DNA of 33,706 nt from a virus. How positions within the stretch are numbered: position 1 is the stretch's first letter; every line of letters begins with the position of its first letter. Shown in pieces: positions 19,008 through 28,105 of this stretch. Position numbers and translations under genes: made by a program. The notes under the pieces are model-generated. The model ran no database searches, was not told where the DNA came from, and was given only the letters and a program-made list of their open reading frames with translations. The stretch is taken from the IMG/VR virus record IMGVR_UViG_3300045988_099363; one strand, given 5' to 3'.

Positions 19008-19759
19008 TGGTTAAAAATATTAATGGAGACATTTACAGCGATGTTATCACACGTTCCAATGATAATGCTATGCCATCAAGCTCTAGGGGTGGTTTTGTAC
19101 CTGAGTTTATCGTCATCCACCATATGGCGACCACTTCGTTTGAGGGCGGTATGGCGACATGGTATGGAGGTGGAACGTCAGCAAACTATGCTGTAAGTGA
19201 TACTGAAATTGTCGGTTGTGTTGGCGAAAATTATTCGGCATGGCACGCAGGTGGTACAAGCGCATACGACATACCGAACATTTCAAACATTAACGCACGG
19301 TCAATCGGTATTGAACACGTAAATTCAACAGGTGCGCCATCGTGGCAGGTGTCTGATGCGACAATTCGCAACAGCGCTAAATTAGTAGCAGATATTTGTA
19401 AACGTTACAACATTCCTATCACACGTGACCGCATCAAACGACACGGAGAAATCACTAAGACACAATGTTGTGGTGGTCTTGATATTGATAAGCTTGTCAA
19501 GTATGCACAAGATATCGCAAACGGTGTACAACAAAATAATTACTTAATTAAAAAAGGAGATAAAAAAATGACTATTGTTTTTTCTTACAAAGGTGTTGGC
19601 TATTCTGCAATCGACGGTACTATGATAGCTTTTACAGAAAACAAGTATTGGGATAAAGTTAATAGCATCGCTTCAAAAAACGGTACTTTGTCTGACTTAG
19701 GTGAGATTAGTGAAGCGCAATACAATCAATTTGTAAAAGCGTACAAATTCGGTAAATAA
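19007..19759 (+). CDS. Endolysin, N-acetylmuramoyl-L-alanine amidase (amidase_2/PGRP-like) with a C-terminal binding domain
   Basis: Motifs FIVIHHMATT, AWHAGG, SIGIEH; last gene of the late operon, followed by terminators. Confidence 0.75.
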   Translation: MVKNINGDIYSDVITRSNDNAMPSSSRGGFVPEFIVIHHMATTSFEGGMATWYGGGTSANYAVSDTEIVGCVGENYSAWHAGGTSAYDIPNISNINARSIGIEHVNSTGAPSWQVSDATIRNSAKLVADICKRYNIPITRDRIKRHGEITKTQCCGGLDIDKLVKYAQDIANGVQQNNYLIKKGDKKMTIVFSYKGVGYSAIDGTMIAFTENKYWDKVNSIASKNGTLSDLGEISEAQYNQFVKAYKFGK

Positions 19760-19765
19760 AACAAA

Positions 19766-19790
19766 AAGCCCTTAATCAGGGGCTTTTTTA
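19766..19790. terminator. Bidirectional intrinsic terminator (aagccc-ttaatcag-gggctt flanked by an A run and a T run)
   Basis: Read directly. Confidence 0.75.
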
Positions 19791-19792
19791 TT

Positions 19793-19836
19793 GCAAAAAA
19801 AGAAACTTCTTGAAATCCGACCAAGGAAGAAGTTTC
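19793..19836 (-). terminator. Intrinsic terminator for the minus-strand early operon (10-bp perfect stem gaaacttctt/aagaagtttc, U run on the minus transcript)
   Basis: Read directly. Confidence 0.7.
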
Positions 19837-19880
19837 TAAGCAGTTTACACTCTAAGACAAGCAATGTAATTGTACACGTT

Positions 19881-21068
19881 TTATTGCCATATTTCAAGCG
19901 TTAAATTATTTTTAGCGTTGTTCATGATACGCCCTTTTAATTGTTCAATAGTCGCTTGTCCTTTTGTTGGTTCGATTAAGACAATTCGTTCCAAGTGATG
20001 CAAACTAGATATACCGACACCAACTGTTTGAATTGTTGCGACAAGTTGCGAACTTTTGAAAAACTCAAACCTATCATCTTTTGAAGTGTCGCCTGTCACG
20101 ACATGGTATTGTAAGTAATTGGCGATGGCATAAGCTAACTCAGGTGTCTTTGTAACGATTAACACTTTTTCGCTTTTAAGTTCATCTAACTCATCGGTAA
20201 ACTCTTTTAATAACCATTTTATTTTAAAAGTTTCAAACGAGCCTTTCCAATCAAAAATGCAAAGTTGACGCATGAAGTTTAACTTGCTTGCTTGACCACT
20301 TGACGTTGGGAAGAATTTCAAACCGTCATCTCTTGTAAAAATCTTATGCTTGATGTTGTCATACCAATCAATAAATTTTACAACTACTTTATCTTTTTTG
20401 ATGTCACGCTTTAAAGAAATTAAGTTATTCAATTTTTCCTCAAAGTTATCAGCCCAAAGATTTGGTACAGTTGGTGGTATAAATCTTTTAACGCCTAGCC
20501 TATCCATTTTTAATGCTTCTTTTTCATCAACAACTAAATAATCATGAGCAAAAGACTGTTTTGTTAAACTTTTCACAAAAGGCTGAGCATGAAAGAAAGT
20601 CTTTGCTATCTGATAATAATTAAGATTATCATTTCCTGCAGGTGTTGCAGATAGACCAACCAAGTGCAAACTTTTCTTTTTTTGCAAGTATTTCATGGTC
20701 TTGCTTTTTAACATATCTTGAAACTCGTCAATAATGATAATATCGTGTAAATTCCAGTTATATTTTTGGGCATTGTCTTTCATGTTGAGTTTATTTATCG
20801 TAATGACCTCGTAGGAACTCACTCCTTGCGTTTTAAGCTCTTCTATCCATTGTTTCGATAACTTAGCAGGGCATATGATTAAAGGGCTTACGTAACGTTT
20901 TAAAGCCATTGTCGCAGTTCTGGTTTTCCCAAGTTGCGTTTCAAACTTTAAAATGAAATTTTCAAATCTTTTTTTTACAATTTTGTCAGCTACTTCTGCC
21001 TGTATCCTGCTTAAATCATCATAGTCAACGACATTATCGTCAATCATTTTTACAAGATGATTTTCCAT
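19881..21068 (-). CDS. Superfamily-2 DEAD/DEAH-box helicase
   Basis: Walker A TQLGKT, motif II IIIDEFQ, motif III LSATP. Confidence 0.7.
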   Translation of the reverse strand: MENHLVKMIDDNVVDYDDLSRIQAEVADKIVKKRFENFILKFETQLGKTRTATMALKRYVSPLIICPAKLSKQWIEELKTQGVSSYEVITINKLNMKDNAQKYNWNLHDIIIIDEFQDMLKSKTMKYLQKKKSLHLVGLSATPAGNDNLNYYQIAKTFFHAQPFVKSLTKQSFAHDYLVVDEKEALKMDRLGVKRFIPPTVPNLWADNFEEKLNNLISLKRDIKKDKVVVKFIDWYDNIKHKIFTRDDGLKFFPTSSGQASKLNFMRQLCIFDWKGSFETFKIKWLLKEFTDELDELKSEKVLIVTKTPELAYAIANYLQYHVVTGDTSKDDRFEFFKSSQLVATIQTVGVGISSLHHLERIVLIEPTKGQATIEQLKGRIMNNAKNNLTLEIWQ

Positions 21069-21316
21069 TATCTGATTACTCCTAATTCTAAAAAGCCATT
21101 TACGATAACTTTTACCCAGTCATTTTTGGTATCGCACTCAACAATAAACCCATGATATTCTTTGCATTGTTCCATGACAATATCTTTTGTCTTTTGTAGT
21201 CTTTTTTCAGTAATTGGTTTTCTTGCTACTTTTTTGTTCACTTTAAAGTAAATTTTAAAAATCGTGTAAATATCGTCAACGTTACGACAATTTAAAACTA
21301 ATTCTTTCAATTCCAT
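21068..21316 (-). CDS. Hypothetical protein (82 aa)
   Basis: ORF translationally coupled to the downstream helicase gene (TAATG overlap). Confidence 0.5.
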   Translation of the reverse strand: MELKELVLNCRNVDDIYTIFKIYFKVNKKVARKPITEKRLQKTKDIVMEQCKEYHGFIVECDTKNDWVKVIVNGFLELGVIR

Positions 21317-21317
21317 G

Positions 21318-21743
21318 TTATACCCTGCTTTCTAATTCGTTCATCAAGTAAAGATTAAAGTTAAAGTCTAATCTACTTGCATAGTTCAAAGCGTGTTTTA
21401 AAGCGCTTGTCACGTCTTTGTGATGGCTATCATCATACCTAATTAGTTTATTCACAACACTATCTGGAACGTTTAAACGTGCCTGCGGTTGCACTAATTC
21501 AAATTTGATGCCTTGACAATGAGCTTTTAAATTCTCGTTAAATGTCTTAATTTTGAACGCATCTCCATTATTGAACATTGCATTATAATTTTCACTAATT
21601 ACAATGTCAACACCTGTTATTGGACTTGTTATTATATAGGTTGACTTCTCTTTTCCGTATGCTACATCTTTTGCTTCAGTATCAACTAAAGACCAACCGA
21701 CATCCCCACCTTCTCCTGCGGGGTCAAATGCTAAAATTCTCAT
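21318..21743 (-). CDS. RuvC-like Holliday junction resolvase
   Basis: N-terminus MRILAFDPAG resembles the RuvC/YqgF catalytic start; 141 aa; ATGA coupled. Confidence 0.5.
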   Translation of the reverse strand: MRILAFDPAGEGGDVGWSLVDTEAKDVAYGKEKSTYIITSPITGVDIVISENYNAMFNNGDAFKIKTFNENLKAHCQGIKFELVQPQARLNVPDSVVNKLIRYDDSHHKDVTSALKHALNYASRLDFNFNLYLMNELESRV

Positions 21744-22513
21744 TTTGTGTATCTCCTTATCATATAGCCTTTTTCGCTATCTGGTAGCGTGCTGTGGCTT
21801 GCTATCTCTTCAATCTCGCTAGACGTAGCGCCCATCTTTTGCGCTCTAAAAAGTGCCTTGTTAAGTGCTGAGTTGCGGTTACCCTCAGACGTTAAATTGT
21901 AATTTTTTAAAATATAAGGAACGATGTCAATATTTTGGTTGTTTGTGTATTGTGGCTTAGGGCTGTTTAATTCTTGTTGAATTTTCTCTCTCAGCTTATC
22001 CATAACGACAAACTGATTAAGTGGCTTGCCCTCATGATACATACCTCCACGATTAGAAAGGCGGTAACGTTGTGTCGGGCTATAAGATGCTTCGTCAATT
22101 TTTAGCTGTACAACTGACAAGGATATTACCTTTGCCATATGCTTGTATTCAATTGGACTTATTTTTTCTCCAACTTCAAACATAAGTCTAAACCGTCTTG
22201 CATCGCTTTTGCTTGAAAAAGTATCGAAAAAAATAAATGCAAGACCTAAAGACCTCAGCCTTTCTAATAGGTCTTGCACCATTTTATTACTAAAATTATC
22301 ATCATAATCTAGCGTGATACTTTCAACAAAAGCGATATTTTTGAAGTTTATTGTTTGACTTTGCGATTTTAATTGAGATTGTTGAAATTGAGGACTAGCC
22401 TTTTTTTCAACGTTTTTATAAATCGGTAGCACCTTTTCATAAAATTCTTTAAAACTAAAATCACGTTCAAAATGTACTCGGTCATATTCGTTTTTTTGAA
22501 AGTTAAATTTCAT
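21740..22513 (-). CDS. Putative replication protein (possible primase-polymerase-like domain)
   Basis: 257 aa; acidic DxD-like segments (LDYDD, IFFDTF); weak assignment. Confidence 0.3.
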   Translation of the reverse strand: MKFNFQKNEYDRVHFERDFSFKEFYEKVLPIYKNVEKKASPQFQQSQLKSQSQTINFKNIAFVESITLDYDDNFSNKMVQDLLERLRSLGLAFIFFDTFSSKSDARRFRLMFEVGEKISPIEYKHMAKVISLSVVQLKIDEASYSPTQRYRLSNRGGMYHEGKPLNQFVVMDKLREKIQQELNSPKPQYTNNQNIDIVPYILKNYNLTSEGNRNSALNKALFRAQKMGATSSEIEEIASHSTLPDSEKGYMIRRYTK

Positions 22514-22514
22514 A

Positions 22515-22700
22515 TCAGAATGGTTCTTTTGTAATTTCTAAGAGACGGAGTAAGACACTTGTTTCAGTTTCTTTTTTATCTTTTCCGTTTCGTCGTTTAC
22601 CAAGGATTTTAGCTTTTTCGTTTAAAAGATTTGTAAGTTTATCATATTCTTCTAGCGTTAAGACAAAACCCTTTGCTCGTGTTCCGTTTTTGTTAGCCAT
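22515..22700 (-). CDS. Small basic protein (61 aa), hypothetical
   Basis: ORF with Lys/Arg-rich centre. Confidence 0.45.
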   Translation of the reverse strand: MANKNGTRAKGFVLTLEEYDKLTNLLNEKAKILGKRRNGKDKKETETSVLLRLLEITKEPF

Positions 22701-22717
22701 ATAATTTTACCTCTTTT

Positions 22718-23269
22718 CTAAAATGGTAAGTCTTTATCAGTAGGCGCTGGTACTGTTTCAGTTGATTGTGTCGCTAAGTTAGTTAAATTATCACTTTGTT
22801 GTTTGTCAACGCTATTTGTAACTTCTTGGGCGATGTCATAAGCAAAATACTCATTACCAGATGTTGAAACACGACTTTCAGATAATACTGTAATTTTTTT
22901 CAACTTGCTTTTTTTCAAATTATTAACAAGTTGAACTTTTTCAGCAGTTGGCATTTTTTCAAATTTTTCAAATGTGAAATAATCTGCAAACCCTTGAAAA
23001 TATCCCATGTTTGCCATGTATTCGATTAAGTTAAAAATTTGAGTATAACGAAACTCATAATATCGTACTGTTGCAAACTCTCCAACATCGTTAATAAAAT
23101 CAGCTTCAATACGTCCTGCTTGTCGTTTTTCCTCGCCATTTTCTTCAAAAATACGTTCTGGGTGGAAAGTCAAACCTACAAAAGTTAGAGGGAAAAGTCC
23201 TTCTTCTGAAATTTGTTGTTTTTGAGCTGTGAAGTCAGTGCTTGAAAAGTTTCTGTTTGTAAATGTCAT
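22718..23269 (-). CDS. SSB-like protein with a C-terminal acidic DLPF tip (non-canonical N-terminal domain)
   Basis: The protein ends ...TDKDLPF, like the SSB C-terminal protein-interaction tail. The ATG at 23269 with RBS gaggaa is preferred over the TTG at 23284. Confidence 0.4.
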   Translation of the reverse strand: MTFTNRNFSSTDFTAQKQQISEEGLFPLTFVGLTFHPERIFEENGEEKRQAGRIEADFINDVGEFATVRYYEFRYTQIFNLIEYMANMGYFQGFADYFTFEKFEKMPTAEKVQLVNNLKKSKLKKITVLSESRVSTSGNEYFAYDIAQEVTNSVDKQQSDNLTNLATQSTETVPAPTDKDLPF

Positions 23270-23270
23270 T

Positions 23271-23996
23271 TTAAAATTCCTCAATAATTTCTACTTTTTT
23301 AATTGGTTGCGTTGGTTGTGTTGGTTGTGTTGGTTGTGTTGGTTGTGGTGTCTGGTTAGCAGTTTCCATGAAACCTGATTCACTTTCATCATAGATACCC
23401 GAATAGACTTGCGGGAAACACTCACGGAGGGCATGAGTTAGCGCTACTTTTCTAATCATTGTAGCAGGTTTGCTATCCCAAACGTTAGTACCCATGGTTT
23501 TGCCGTCTGAACGTGTTTTCTTTTTGTCAAGACCCTTGGCATCTTTTACCTTGTCACAATTTTCGTCAAGGACATAAGCGCCATTATAATATTCGTAAAA
23601 GCTGATAGCTGTTTCATAGCCGAATCTTTCAACTTTAGCCCATGCACCGATAATTTTATCAGTTGGTAATTTTATAGAACCTTTGCGCTCTGCAATCTCT
23701 CCATCTTTAGTTAATACCACAAGACCTGTGGTTGGTGGTGCAAAATTGGGGTTGCGTGATGCTAAGATTCCCTCGCCTGATTTAGTTACCGCAAGACGTC
23801 CATCTTGGGCATAATACATCTCCCCAGTAAAAGGGTTTAGACCTCGTTGTCTTGCGATTTCTAAATCAAGCATTAGCTCTGTGTCTTTTTTGCCATCAGG
23901 AACTTTTAAAAAAGTCCGTAAGTTTGTAACTGTTGGTGCAATCGGTTGAATTTCTTGTACCGTATTGCCTTGATGTTCGATAATGTCCGTGTTCAT
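23271..23996 (-). CDS. Putative single-strand annealing recombinase (RecT/Erf/Sak-like) with a C-terminal (QPT)4 repeat
   Basis: 241 aa; position beside an SSB-like gene and a resolvase gene. The ATG at 23996 with RBS aaaggag is preferred over the upstream ATG at 24011. Confidence 0.4.
   Translation of the reverse strand: MNTDIIEHQGNTVQEIQPIAPTVTNLRTFLKVPDGKKDTELMLDLEIARQRGLNPFTGEMYYAQDGRLAVTKSGEGILASRNPNFAPPTTGLVVLTKDGEIAERKGSIKLPTDKIIGAWAKVERFGYETAISFYEYYNGAYVLDENCDKVKDAKGLDKKKTRSDGKTMGTNVWDSKPATMIRKVALTHALRECFPQVYSGIYDESESGFMETANQTPQPTQPTQPTQPTQPIKKVEIIEEF
23303..23347. repeat. 9-bp tandem repeat TTGGTTGTG x5, encoding (QPT)n on the minus strand
   Basis: Read directly. Confidence 0.9.
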
Positions 23997-24038
23997 GTTT
24001 CTCCTTTTCATTTTCCCGCCCTCCTACCTTATATACAT

Positions 24039-24067
24039 ATTATATACTTATTAAGTAAAGTTGTCAA
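24039..24067 (-). promoter_or_regulatory. Consensus early promoter on the minus strand: TTGACA-17-TATAAT with spacer actttacttaataagta
   Basis: Reverse complement read directly. Confidence 0.6.
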
Positions 24068-24070
24068 GCG

Positions 24071-25027
24071 TTATTTTTCAAGTTTCACATCAGCAATTTC
24101 TTTCATTTGAGTAAGTAACTCATTCAATTTTAGAGAATTTTCAGGTGTTTTTTCATAAGTCACCGTCATGGTAATCTTTGTAAGTCCTTGGACTTCAAGT
24201 ATTTTCTTTTCTAATACACTTTGTTTGAGTTCTTCCTCCTCACGTTGCTTATGCTCTAATTCACGTTGTTTTAGTTCCTCAGCTTGTTTTGCTAAACGTT
24301 CTTCATTTTCACGCATGATTAATTTTTGACGTTCTAATTCACGTTGTTCGTCTGCTTTACGTTGTTTCTCTTTTTCAATTCGTTCGGCAATTTCTGCTTC
24401 AAGTTGAGAATAATCAAAGTCGATTTTTTCGTAAACATCGGTAGCGGGCATACCATCTTCAAACATGGCGACATATTTAGCGAAAGATAACTCTAGGCTG
24501 ATAGCCTTATTTTTTATATTTTCAATATCGGCATTTTTTCGGTCTTTGTCAGCTTGCAATTTTTTCAGTAATTCAGTAAGTTTTTTGTCGGTTTTGAGTT
24601 TTTTCGTGTTTTTAAAAATTTCATCATCAACATCTTTTAACTCAATATTCAATGAAAGATTTTCAATTAAGTTTACAACACGACTTTCCCATTCTGTGCG
24701 TTCTTTTAAATCACGTTCTTTTTTTGTTTCATCAAGATTTTCAAAGAATTTTTCATATGAACTTTTAATTTCATCTCTGATTTTTTTGTATTCATTGTTT
24801 TCTTCTTCAACTAAATCAAGTGCTTTTTGGCGATTTTTAGTAATTTCTGTACTGATTGCATTAATTAAATTATTGGCGGTAGTTTTTTCTTTTTTAGCAA
24901 ACTTAAAATCATCATCAGTTACAATGACAATACTCTCAATCTTTTTAGCGTGTTCCTTTGCCTTTTCGATTGTTAAGCGAACGGTATCATTTTTAATAAT
25001 TTCAGTTGTTTTAGTTGTGTTTGTCAT
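24071..25027 (-). CDS. Glu/Lys-rich coiled-coil protein (318 aa), possibly recombination-associated
   Basis: Highly charged heptad-like sequence; sits upstream of the annealing-protein gene. Confidence 0.5.
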   Translation of the reverse strand: MTNTTKTTEIIKNDTVRLTIEKAKEHAKKIESIVIVTDDDFKFAKKEKTTANNLINAISTEITKNRQKALDLVEEENNEYKKIRDEIKSSYEKFFENLDETKKERDLKERTEWESRVVNLIENLSLNIELKDVDDEIFKNTKKLKTDKKLTELLKKLQADKDRKNADIENIKNKAISLELSFAKYVAMFEDGMPATDVYEKIDFDYSQLEAEIAERIEKEKQRKADEQRELERQKLIMRENEERLAKQAEELKQRELEHKQREEEELKQSVLEKKILEVQGLTKITMTVTYEKTPENSLKLNELLTQMKEIADVKLEK

Positions 25028-25038
25028 GTTTTTTCTCC

Positions 25039-25239
25039 TTAATTTTTCCAGTTTGGAAGTTTAGTCCAAGTCTCATGCCACGTGCTGAGTGTCAAACCTA
25101 ACTCAGAATCAATGTATTCATGTGCTTCAGCAATAGTTGCAACTGAACCATCACGCATCTTTTTACGTGTTTCTGAGTTGTTACGCTCAATTTCGGCTTT
25201 TAAAGCTCTTTGTTTTTTGCTTTTTAAAAATTTAAACAT
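25039..25239 (-). CDS. Hypothetical small protein (66 aa)
   Basis: ORF with ATG start; the upstream sequence (ggataaaagaca) gives only a weak ribosome-binding site. Confidence 0.4.
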   Translation of the reverse strand: MFKFLKSKKQRALKAEIERNNSETRKKMRDGSVATIAEAHEYIDSELGLTLSTWHETWTKLPNWKN

Positions 25240-25250
25240 TGTCTTTTATC

Positions 25251-25547
25251 CTATCTAAAAAAATTCTTGGTGTAAACATCGCTATACGTTATATCACGCT
25301 TTTCAACGTATGACATAACATGTAAAATCGCATTTGCGATGTTGTTGTTCGGGTTGTTTTTCTCTCTTATCAACTGAGATAAATTTGAAGATATACCAGA
25401 TGCACTTTTTCTATAATGCCCGTACTCGGTACGCTTATAAATCATTTTAGCTACATCAGTATTATATAAACCATGATATGACTGAAAATCTTTGAAGTTA
25501 CTCCAAAAGATTTTACCTGCGGTTGACCCTCCCTCAATTTTTATCAT
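25251..25547 (-). CDS. Hypothetical protein; likely real start MIKIEGG at 25547 (98 aa); the 113-aa version from 25592 lacks an RBS
   Basis: RBS ggag upstream of the ATG at 25547; start choice is uncertain. Confidence 0.45.
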   Translation of the reverse strand: MIKIEGGSTAGKIFWSNFKDFQSYHGLYNTDVAKMIYKRTEYGHYRKSASGISSNLSQLIREKNNPNNNIANAILHVMSYVEKRDITYSDVYTKNFFR

Positions 25548-25638
25548 GTTGTTTCTCCATTTCTTTTTTACAGTCAGCAATAGCATCTTCATAGCTATTA
25601 TAATGTTTTTTAGTGATTGAATTATAATATAGCGTCAT
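25534..25638 (-). CDS. Small upstream ORF (34 aa) with a strong RBS aaaggag, overlapping the next gene's start by 14 nt
   Basis: ATG at 25638, stop overlapping the downstream ATG region; below the ORF-track size cutoff. Confidence 0.35.
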   Translation of the reverse strand: MTLYYNSITKKHYNSYEDAIADCKKEMEKQHDKN

Positions 25639-25670
25639 GTGTAACTCCTTTATATTTACCTTATATCTAT

Positions 25671-25698
25671 ATTATACACTTATTAAGTAAAATGTAAA
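25671..25698 (-). promoter_or_regulatory. Early promoter TTTACA-16-TATAAT with the conserved spacer ttttacttaataagtg
   Basis: Reverse complement read directly. Confidence 0.55.
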
Positions 25699-25728
25699 GC
25701 AAAAAAAAGAAAGTTTTTCAGCTTTTTT

Positions 25729-27222
25729 TTAATCAGCTGTAAAACTTCCATTTTCGTCAAACGTACCATAAAGTGTAAGTGTCGGCTTAATACTTTTTCC
25801 ATTGCTTAACTTATTTTCTCTAGCTGTGATAGTTTCCGATGCCACAACTTTTAAATCTTTGTTATTTTTATCAATTTTTGTCACCGAAACATTAATATTT
25901 TTGGAAGCGCCTAATGATAAAACTGCCATCTTTTCTTTTAGTTTCATGCCTGAGAAGTATTTTTCATTCTTTTCGACAACTTTATCACTCCAAAGTTTTG
26001 GGATGAAAGAGTATTTTTTCCATGCTTTAGGTATTAAATCTCTAATTTCTTTTGTTTCCTCGCCTATTACTTCAGAGATTGGTGTTGAAAGCGTTGAAAG
26101 TCGTTCCATGTAATTTTCGTGATGTCCTGCTTTTACATATAAATAATAAAGGTAAGAAAGTTCAGTTTCGTATTCTCCATTTATAGCATTAGAAATTTCT
26201 TCTTTTGTCAAGTGTTCGATTAATGAATTACCTTCAAATTTGAAAACGATGAAGCGCCTTAAAACATCTCGGTCATTTCTCAACTCCAAGTCAGCATTAG
26301 TAGTTTCAATCGTGAAAGCCGAGTTGACACGTATATCGCCATTAAGCTCCACAATGTCACGTGTTCGCCCTGTGTGTGTTTTGATAGATTGTACACGTCT
26401 TTCAATTTCTTGCTTGGATGCATCCTTTTTTAGTTCTGGTCGATTCCAAATTTCAGCATTAGTCCGTGCATACTCACGCTCTGCCCTAACACGTGGGGCG
26501 TTGTTCATGTCGTCATTGATGTCCTCTGTAAACGTCCTATGTTGCCAGAAATTTGAAAGTAGTGTAATGAGTACATCTTTACCAAAACCTCCCTCTAGGT
26601 TAAGCCACAACGCTTTATCACGTGGTCTTTCTCTAGTAAGCTCTAGTAAATCGAAAAATGCAAACTCATTTGTCAAGGCATCATCTGAATTATAAAGTTC
26701 GCTGTAATGACTTGTTAGACGATTGACGACTTCTAACTTTCTAGGGTCACACTCAGGCAAGGTGTTACCCTCTCCATTGTAAATTATCTTTGTTCGTGTA
26801 AAAGTGAAGCTATTGATTTTCTTTTCAACACGGTTGACCTCTCTTAATTTTAGATATTTAAATAATTCAAGACATCCACTTCTATCCATACTGTTTTTGG
26901 TAAAAAAATCGCTATACGTGATATTTAACCTAAAAACATGTTTAGGAAAAATATGAGTTCCGTCTGATTCAGGTATGACCTCGACATAACACTTTCTGAT
27001 ATTTTCATCTATCACTTTAAAGGCTTGTAAAGACTGAAAATCTTTAGAAGATGTCTCTTTTTCTCGGTCAATCTCATCACAAATTTTTTTAAAGGTATCT
27101 AAAATTGGGCTTGCATAAGGCGAGTTTTTGATTTTATCAACATCAAGAGTTTTTAAAATATTAGGATAAAGTTCTTTTACTTTACCTGCTGACCAAATTT
27201 CAATTAATTTTTTTGTTATCAT
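25729..27222 (-). CDS. Large early protein (497 aa), putative replication initiator / primase-helicase-like (degenerate P-loop-like GGFGKD)
   Basis: Long ORF with RBS ggaaggg; function uncertain. Confidence 0.3.
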   Translation of the reverse strand: MITKKLIEIWSAGKVKELYPNILKTLDVDKIKNSPYASPILDTFKKICDEIDREKETSSKDFQSLQAFKVIDENIRKCYVEVIPESDGTHIFPKHVFRLNITYSDFFTKNSMDRSGCLELFKYLKLREVNRVEKKINSFTFTRTKIIYNGEGNTLPECDPRKLEVVNRLTSHYSELYNSDDALTNEFAFFDLLELTRERPRDKALWLNLEGGFGKDVLITLLSNFWQHRTFTEDINDDMNNAPRVRAEREYARTNAEIWNRPELKKDASKQEIERRVQSIKTHTGRTRDIVELNGDIRVNSAFTIETTNADLELRNDRDVLRRFIVFKFEGNSLIEHLTKEEISNAINGEYETELSYLYYLYVKAGHHENYMERLSTLSTPISEVIGEETKEIRDLIPKAWKKYSFIPKLWSDKVVEKNEKYFSGMKLKEKMAVLSLGASKNINVSVTKIDKNNKDLKVVASETITARENKLSNGKSIKPTLTLYGTFDENGSFTAD

Positions 27223-27268
27223 GTTTTCCCTTCCTGTGTTATAATCAAGTTATAATAATTTACTTTGA

Positions 27269-27292
27269 GCCAGTTTGCCGACTGGCTTTTTT
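27269..27292 (+). terminator. Plus-strand (antisense-oriented) intrinsic terminator gccagt-ttgccg-actggc + T6 between two minus-strand genes, preceded by a plus-strand extended -10 (TGtTATAAT, 27240-27248)
   Basis: Perfect 6-bp stem and T run read directly. Confidence 0.5.
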
Positions 27293-27296
27293 GTGT

Positions 27297-28085
27297 TCAG
27301 CTAACTAACTCATCTTGTTCAACTAATGGTAAGTAGCCGTTTTTCTTCAAAACTTCATAAAGGAACTTACGCCCTTTTTGTTTCCAAGTCGTTGTAATTG
27401 ATGTCCGTGCAATACCTTTGCTATCTACAAAGTCACTTGTACGACTTCCAATGTAACCTTTTCCCATGTATTTCGAGTAAATTACCCATTGCTTGTTAAC
27501 TTTGCGTTGAATGCGCAAGTCATGCAAGATGCGATTAAATGATACTGCGCTATATCCGTAATCCTGTGCTATTTGAGTTGTCAGGATGTCGTCAGGACTT
27601 TCAAGAATTAGGTCGAGATAAGTTGCTTTTTCTCTGACTTCCTCTAACTCAACTTGCAACTGCTGTTTATCAAATTCAAGTGACTTGATTTGTTCTCCAG
27701 CTTGGATAAGTAAGTCAGCTAAACCATTGCCATGTAGAACGTCTTGTGCTTTCTTGTCTGTCATGTATGCGCCGTGTTTGCGGATAGTTGGGAGTACTTC
27801 GCTTGTAACCCAACGTTTGAATTGTTTTGCTTCTGGTTTTTTAGACTTCAAGATAAGCGAGTACAAACCTGATTCATTGATGATAGTGATATTTTGACTA
27901 CCTCCAAGGGTGTCACTTTTCGTTACCCCCTTGTCTTCATCGTCTACATGGTCTGAAAGTGCTTTTCTTGAATTTGAATACCCAAGAATATCAGCGACAT
28001 CTTTTCCGACAAACCAGTGTTCGTCATTGATTGTGATAATGCGGACGTCTTGCCCGCTGAAATTGAAATTTTGTAATTGATTCAT
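27297..28085 (-). CDS. Phage antirepressor (N-terminal Bro-N domain, C-terminal KilA-C-like domain)
   Basis: FNFSGQDVRIITINDEHWFVGKDVADILGY matches Bro-N. The true ATG is at 28085 with RBS aaggag (the ORF-track start at 28109 is a TTG). Confidence 0.75.
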   Translation of the reverse strand: MNQLQNFNFSGQDVRIITINDEHWFVGKDVADILGYSNSRKALSDHVDDEDKGVTKSDTLGGSQNITIINESGLYSLILKSKKPEAKQFKRWVTSEVLPTIRKHGAYMTDKKAQDVLHGNGLADLLIQAGEQIKSLEFDKQQLQVELEEVREKATYLDLILESPDDILTTQIAQDYGYSAVSFNRILHDLRIQRKVNKQWVIYSKYMGKGYIGSRTSDFVDSKGIARTSITTTWKQKGRKFLYEVLKKNGYLPLVEQDELVS

Positions 28086-28105
28086 GTTTCTCCTTTCTAT
28101 AATGT

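Noticed and set aside
24465-25064. Plus-strand ORFs antisense to early genes (24465-25064, 25802-26113, 26240-26695, 27685-27897, 29469-29807)
   Set aside because: They lie antisense within well-supported minus-strand genes, lack RBSs and have Ser/Phe/Leu-rich low-complexity translations typical of AT-rich antisense frames.
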